64,000 nt of DNA from Rhodothermales bacterium (lineage in GTDB: Bacteria; Bacteroidota; Rhodothermia; Rhodothermales; JABDKH01). Positions 60,982 through 64,000 of the stretch are shown piece by piece. A model generated the notes under the pieces. The model worked only from the letters and a program-made list of their open reading frames with translations. It was not told the origin of the DNA and did no database searches. Made by a program: the position numbers and the translations under genes. The DNA lies in contig JBFHWK010000001.1 of assembly GCA_041589075.1 (NCBI GenBank), forward strand, positions 1,950-65,949. Direction: 5' to 3'. Position 1 is the stretch's first letter. Each line of letters opens with the position of its first letter.

Positions 60982-62097
60982 CTATCCGTTTCGGCGTTCG
61001 AACTCGTCCATGAACGCGACAAGCGCGCGCACGGCGTCCTCCGAACAAGCGTTGTAAATGGAAGCCCGGATACCCCCCACGGTACGATACCCTTTTAGCG
61101 CAACCATACCCTGATCGGCCGCTTCCTTGACAAACGCCGCCTCGAGTTCCTCCGTCGGCAGCCGGTAGGTTACGTTCATCTTGGAGCGCGAATCAGGCTG
61201 CACCGTGCCACGGTAAAAGTCCGTCCGATCGATTCGCTCGTACAGTATCTGCGCTTTCCGGGTATTGATGTCATCCATCGCCGCAATGCCGCCAAGGCCG
61301 TCAATCCACCGAAGCACCTTCGCAACGATGTAAACGGCGAAGACCGGTGGCGTGTGAAACAGCTTCGCAACGTGCGTTCCATAGTCGAGCAACGTTGGCA
61401 GCGGCTTATTCCGGCGCTCAAAGAAGTCGTTTCGCAACAACACGACCGTCACGCCGGCCGGCCCAATGTTCTTCTGCGCACCCGCATAGATCAGTCCGTA
61501 CCGGTCCAGCTCTATGGGCCGGCTCATAAAATCACTGGACGCATCACAAACGAGTGGCACGCTGGCTTTCGGCGTGTAGCTGAACTGGGTGCCGTAAATC
61601 GTGTTGTTGGACGTGAAGTGCAGGTACGAAGCGTCCGGGTTCAGCTTCCAGTCCTTAGGCTGAGGAATGAAAGAGAAGCTGTCCGCCTCACTTGACGCGG
61701 CAACCGAGGGATGGCCGACAAACTGCGCCTCCTTTAAGGCTTTCTTTGCCCAGGATCCGGTGACGAGATAGTCGGCCGCACCGTTCTCGGGCAGGAAATT
61801 CAGCGGAACCTGGTAAAACTGCAGCGACGCACCGCCCTGTAGAAACAGAATGTGCCAGTCGGCACCGAGCCCGAGGAGTTTACGAAACATGCTGCGGGCC
61901 GCTTCGGCGATCTCGGTGTACGTAGGAGATCGGTGGCTGATCTCCATAACCGACGTGCCCAACGACTTGTAAACAGGCAGCTCCTCGCGGACTTCTTCAA
62001 GTACGGACTCGGGTAGAGCGCCCGGGCCCGCCGAGAAGTTGTAGACGCGGCTCGTGGCACCGCGGTCCTTTCGGGTAATCATGTCTGGGACTTGCAT
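60982..62097 (-). CDS. serC: phosphoserine aminotransferase
   Basis: 'YNFSAGPGALPESVLEEV', 'YAGAQKNIGPAGVTVV' (PLP Lys) and 'GGIRASIYNA'. Confidence 0.95.
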   Translation of the reverse strand: MQVPDMITRKDRGATSRVYNFSAGPGALPESVLEEVREELPVYKSLGTSVMEISHRSPTYTEIAEAARSMFRKLLGLGADWHILFLQGGASLQFYQVPLNFLPENGAADYLVTGSWAKKALKEAQFVGHPSVAASSEADSFSFIPQPKDWKLNPDASYLHFTSNNTIYGTQFSYTPKASVPLVCDASSDFMSRPIELDRYGLIYAGAQKNIGPAGVTVVLLRNDFFERRNKPLPTLLDYGTHVAKLFHTPPVFAVYIVAKVLRWIDGLGGIAAMDDINTRKAQILYERIDRTDFYRGTVQPDSRSKMNVTYRLPTEELEAAFVKEAADQGMVALKGYRTVGGIRASIYNACSEDAVRALVAFMDEFERRNG

Positions 62098-62131
62098 GGT
62101 TGGACCCTTGCGATTTATGAAGTTTGTGATC

Positions 62132-63337
62132 TTATAAGTCTATCAAGGTTACGGCGAGTACGTCCTCGTTCGATTCAATGCGCCGGACGACCTCCGGGTC
62201 GGTCTCACCGTCAAAACGGATCTTTGCACACGCGGCATGGGCTCCCTCAAATACGAGGTTCTCCATCTCCTGCACGTTCCAGCCGGCCTGTCGGCACTCG
62301 TCCAGAATCGCCGCAAGGACGCCCACCTTGTCCAGGTGGCGAACCGTCAGTGCATGCGTGGCCGGCGAGTGCTCGGCGATGTTAACGCAATTCTTTACGG
62401 CCCCGGTGCGGGCATACGTCTGAACCACATTCAGCGCCTCATCGGCAATGGCCGCCTGCGCTTGTGCAGTACTTGCACCGATATGATGTGTCAGGTAGAC
62501 GTTGGGATGAGTGGCGAGTCTGTGCGAAAACGGCCCTACCTTGGCCGACGGCTCCTCGCTCAAGACATCGAGCGCAGCGCGGATGTTCTTATGATCGAGC
62601 GCCCACAACAATGCGTCTTCATCGACTGTGGAATGCCGCGTCGTATTGATGAAGAAGGCACCGTCTCGCATCTCTTCGAAGAAGCGGCGGTCCGCGATAT
62701 GTTTCGTCTCCGGCGTTGCGGAAACATGGAGTGTGACGATGTCCGCGTGCGCCGCCACAACCAGCGGCGAGTCGGCGAAGGTGACTCCCTGTTGGCCTGC
62801 CGCCTCCTGCGTGAGAGAACGACTCCAGGCAATGACCGACATGTCGAACGCTCTTGCCCTGGCGGCGACCGCGCGCCCAATGTTACCCATACCGATAATG
62901 CCGAGCGTCCGACCCTTGACCCCCGTCGCCTTCGAGTACTTGGCCTTATTCCATTGCCCGGCACGTGCATCACCGATGTTGTCCGGGATGCTACGGTCGA
63001 GCGCGAGAATAAGCCCCATGGTAAGCTCAGCAACAGCCACCGCGTTCTTTCCGGGACAGTTCGCCACGAAGATGCCACGGTCGGACGCTGCGGTCACGTT
63101 GATCGTGTCGTAGCCGGCACCTGCGCGAACGATGAGCTCGAGCTTTTTCGAGGCCGCCATCGCCTCCGCAGGCACCTTAGTCGATCGGACAAGCAACACT
63201 TCCGGCTGCTCCTTCTTCAACAGCTCGATCAGCTCGTCACCCGAGGCCTTCGGCTCCACTATAACAGCAAAGCCGTCGTCTCGCAGTTGACGAACAACCG
63301 TGTCCTCGAGCTTGTCGGCAATTAAGACCTTTGGCAT
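62132..63337 (-). CDS. serA: D-3-phosphoglycerate dehydrogenase with ACT domain
   Basis: The ATG at 63337 gives 'MPKVLIADKLED'. Also 'GIIGMGNIGRAVA' and 'THHIGAST'. The track ORF start at 63691 runs through the neighbouring gene. Confidence 0.93.
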   Translation of the reverse strand: MPKVLIADKLEDTVVRQLRDDGFAVIVEPKASGDELIELLKKEQPEVLLVRSTKVPAEAMAASKKLELIVRAGAGYDTINVTAASDRGIFVANCPGKNAVAVAELTMGLILALDRSIPDNIGDARAGQWNKAKYSKATGVKGRTLGIIGMGNIGRAVAARARAFDMSVIAWSRSLTQEAAGQQGVTFADSPLVVAAHADIVTLHVSATPETKHIADRRFFEEMRDGAFFINTTRHSTVDEDALLWALDHKNIRAALDVLSEEPSAKVGPFSHRLATHPNVYLTHHIGASTAQAQAAIADEALNVVQTYARTGAVKNCVNIAEHSPATHALTVRHLDKVGVLAAILDECRQAGWNVQEMENLVFEGAHAACAKIRFDGETDPEVVRRIESNEDVLAVTLIDL

Positions 63338-63339
63338 TT

Positions 63340-64000
63340 TCAATCGAATAAATGAACCAGCAGTCCGCTTCTCAATTTCGGTTCGAACCAGGTAGATTTG
63401 GGCGGCATTAGTTCCCCGGCGTCGGACACTGCCACGAGCTGCTCGATACTTGTAGGGTACATTGAGATGGCCATGGCCGCTTTTCCGCCGTCGACAAGTT
63501 TGACGAGTTCTTCCGTGCCACGAATGCCACCTACAAAGTCGACGTTTGGGTCGCGCCTCGGATCGGTGATTCCGAGATACGGCTCGAGGATGTGCTCTCC
63601 CAGACGCGCGACGTCCAGGGTGCTCGCTGCGCCGTCGCGTTTCGACGGCGGTAGCTCCAGTTGGTACCACGATCCGTCGAGGTAGAGACATACCGACCCG
63701 GGCGCGTCCGGGGCGGCAACTGACGTGTGCGCCAGATCGAAATCCTTCCCGAGCCTGGACAAGAACGCGTCGGGAGGCTCCGGCAGTTTTCGAACGATCC
63801 GGTTATACGGCATGATGAGCATGTTGCCCATCGGAAAGAGCACCGCTGGAAAGAAGTCGCACTCGCGTGTCGTCTCGTGGCCGTCTCGCGGCAGGCTGGC
63901 CGCCGCCCTGCTGGCCGCCTTGCACCGGTGGTGACCATCGGCTACATAAAGACGCGGTATGTCCCGGAAGGCATCGACAAGGGCGGACACCCGATCAACG
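63340..64000 (-). CDS. DUF1015 domain-containing protein, C-terminal part (5' end outside window)
   Basis: 'LYVADGHHRCKAA' is typical of DUF1015. The frame stays open to the window edge (the track 'M' at 63990 is a GTG). Adjacent to serA, a pairing I recall as common. Confidence 0.75.
   Translation of the reverse strand, partial: VDRVSALVDAFRDIPRLYVADGHHRCKAASRAAASLPRDGHETTRECDFFPAVLFPMGNMLIMPYNRIVRKLPEPPDAFLSRLGKDFDLAHTSVAAPDAPGSVCLYLDGSWYQLELPPSKRDGAASTLDVARLGEHILEPYLGITDPRRDPNVDFVGGIRGTEELVKLVDGGKAAMAISMYPTSIEQLVAVSDAGELMPPKSTWFEPKLRSGLLVHLFD

Noticed and set aside
62237-63325. 362-aa ORF antisense to serA
   Set aside because: A shadow ORF opposite a well-supported gene.

Overview
GC-rich bacterial chromosomal segment (roughly 60% GC by eye, not computed). 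It is gene-dense, with about 56 protein-coding genes. I found no rRNA or tRNA genes, no CRISPR array, no transposase, integrase or phage genes, and no recognisable defence or toxin modules. The content is overwhelmingly core housekeeping: clpC, tyrA, gcvT, ftsK, purE, smpB, the rpsP-rimM-trmD-rplS operon with ffh upstream, polA, xseA/xseB, lepB, lepA, lspA, ileS, purine nucleoside phosphorylase, divIVA, yggS, a tesA/ybbA/ybbP-type module, pntAA-pntAB-pntB and serC-serA. Several markers point to the FCB group (Rhodothermia/Balneolia/Ignavibacteria-like); this is inference only. The markers are tandem TPR+GWxTD proteins, a lamin-tail-domain protein ending in a FlgD-Ig-type domain, a Cys-degenerate DksA/TraR gene between ileS and lspA, S16 with a long tail, signal peptidase I with 'SMEKN', and TAnnTTTG boxes in intergenic DNA. 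I do not see a convincing novel multi-gene system, and the window reads as ordinary core genome. The items most worth a second look are single-gene oddities. They are a DksA/TraR-like protein with a ~255-aa histone-H1-like Lys/Ala-rich N-terminal extension encoded partly by 30-bp tandem repeats; a tandem-duplicated YjbQ-like protein between the split xseA and xseB genes; two tandem GWxTD paralogs; a triple-LTD secreted giant; an RCK K+ channel with a non-canonical TIGFSE filter; a yggS / small membrane protein / divIVA string resembling the Gram-positive ylm-divIVA cluster; and an unknown secreted protein inserted between lepA and lepB. Many long antisense or alternate-frame ORFs in the track are GC-driven artefacts and are rejected. 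Start codons are often uncertain because the track translates GTG/TTG starts as M. Where an internal start fits the family better I give that coordinate.
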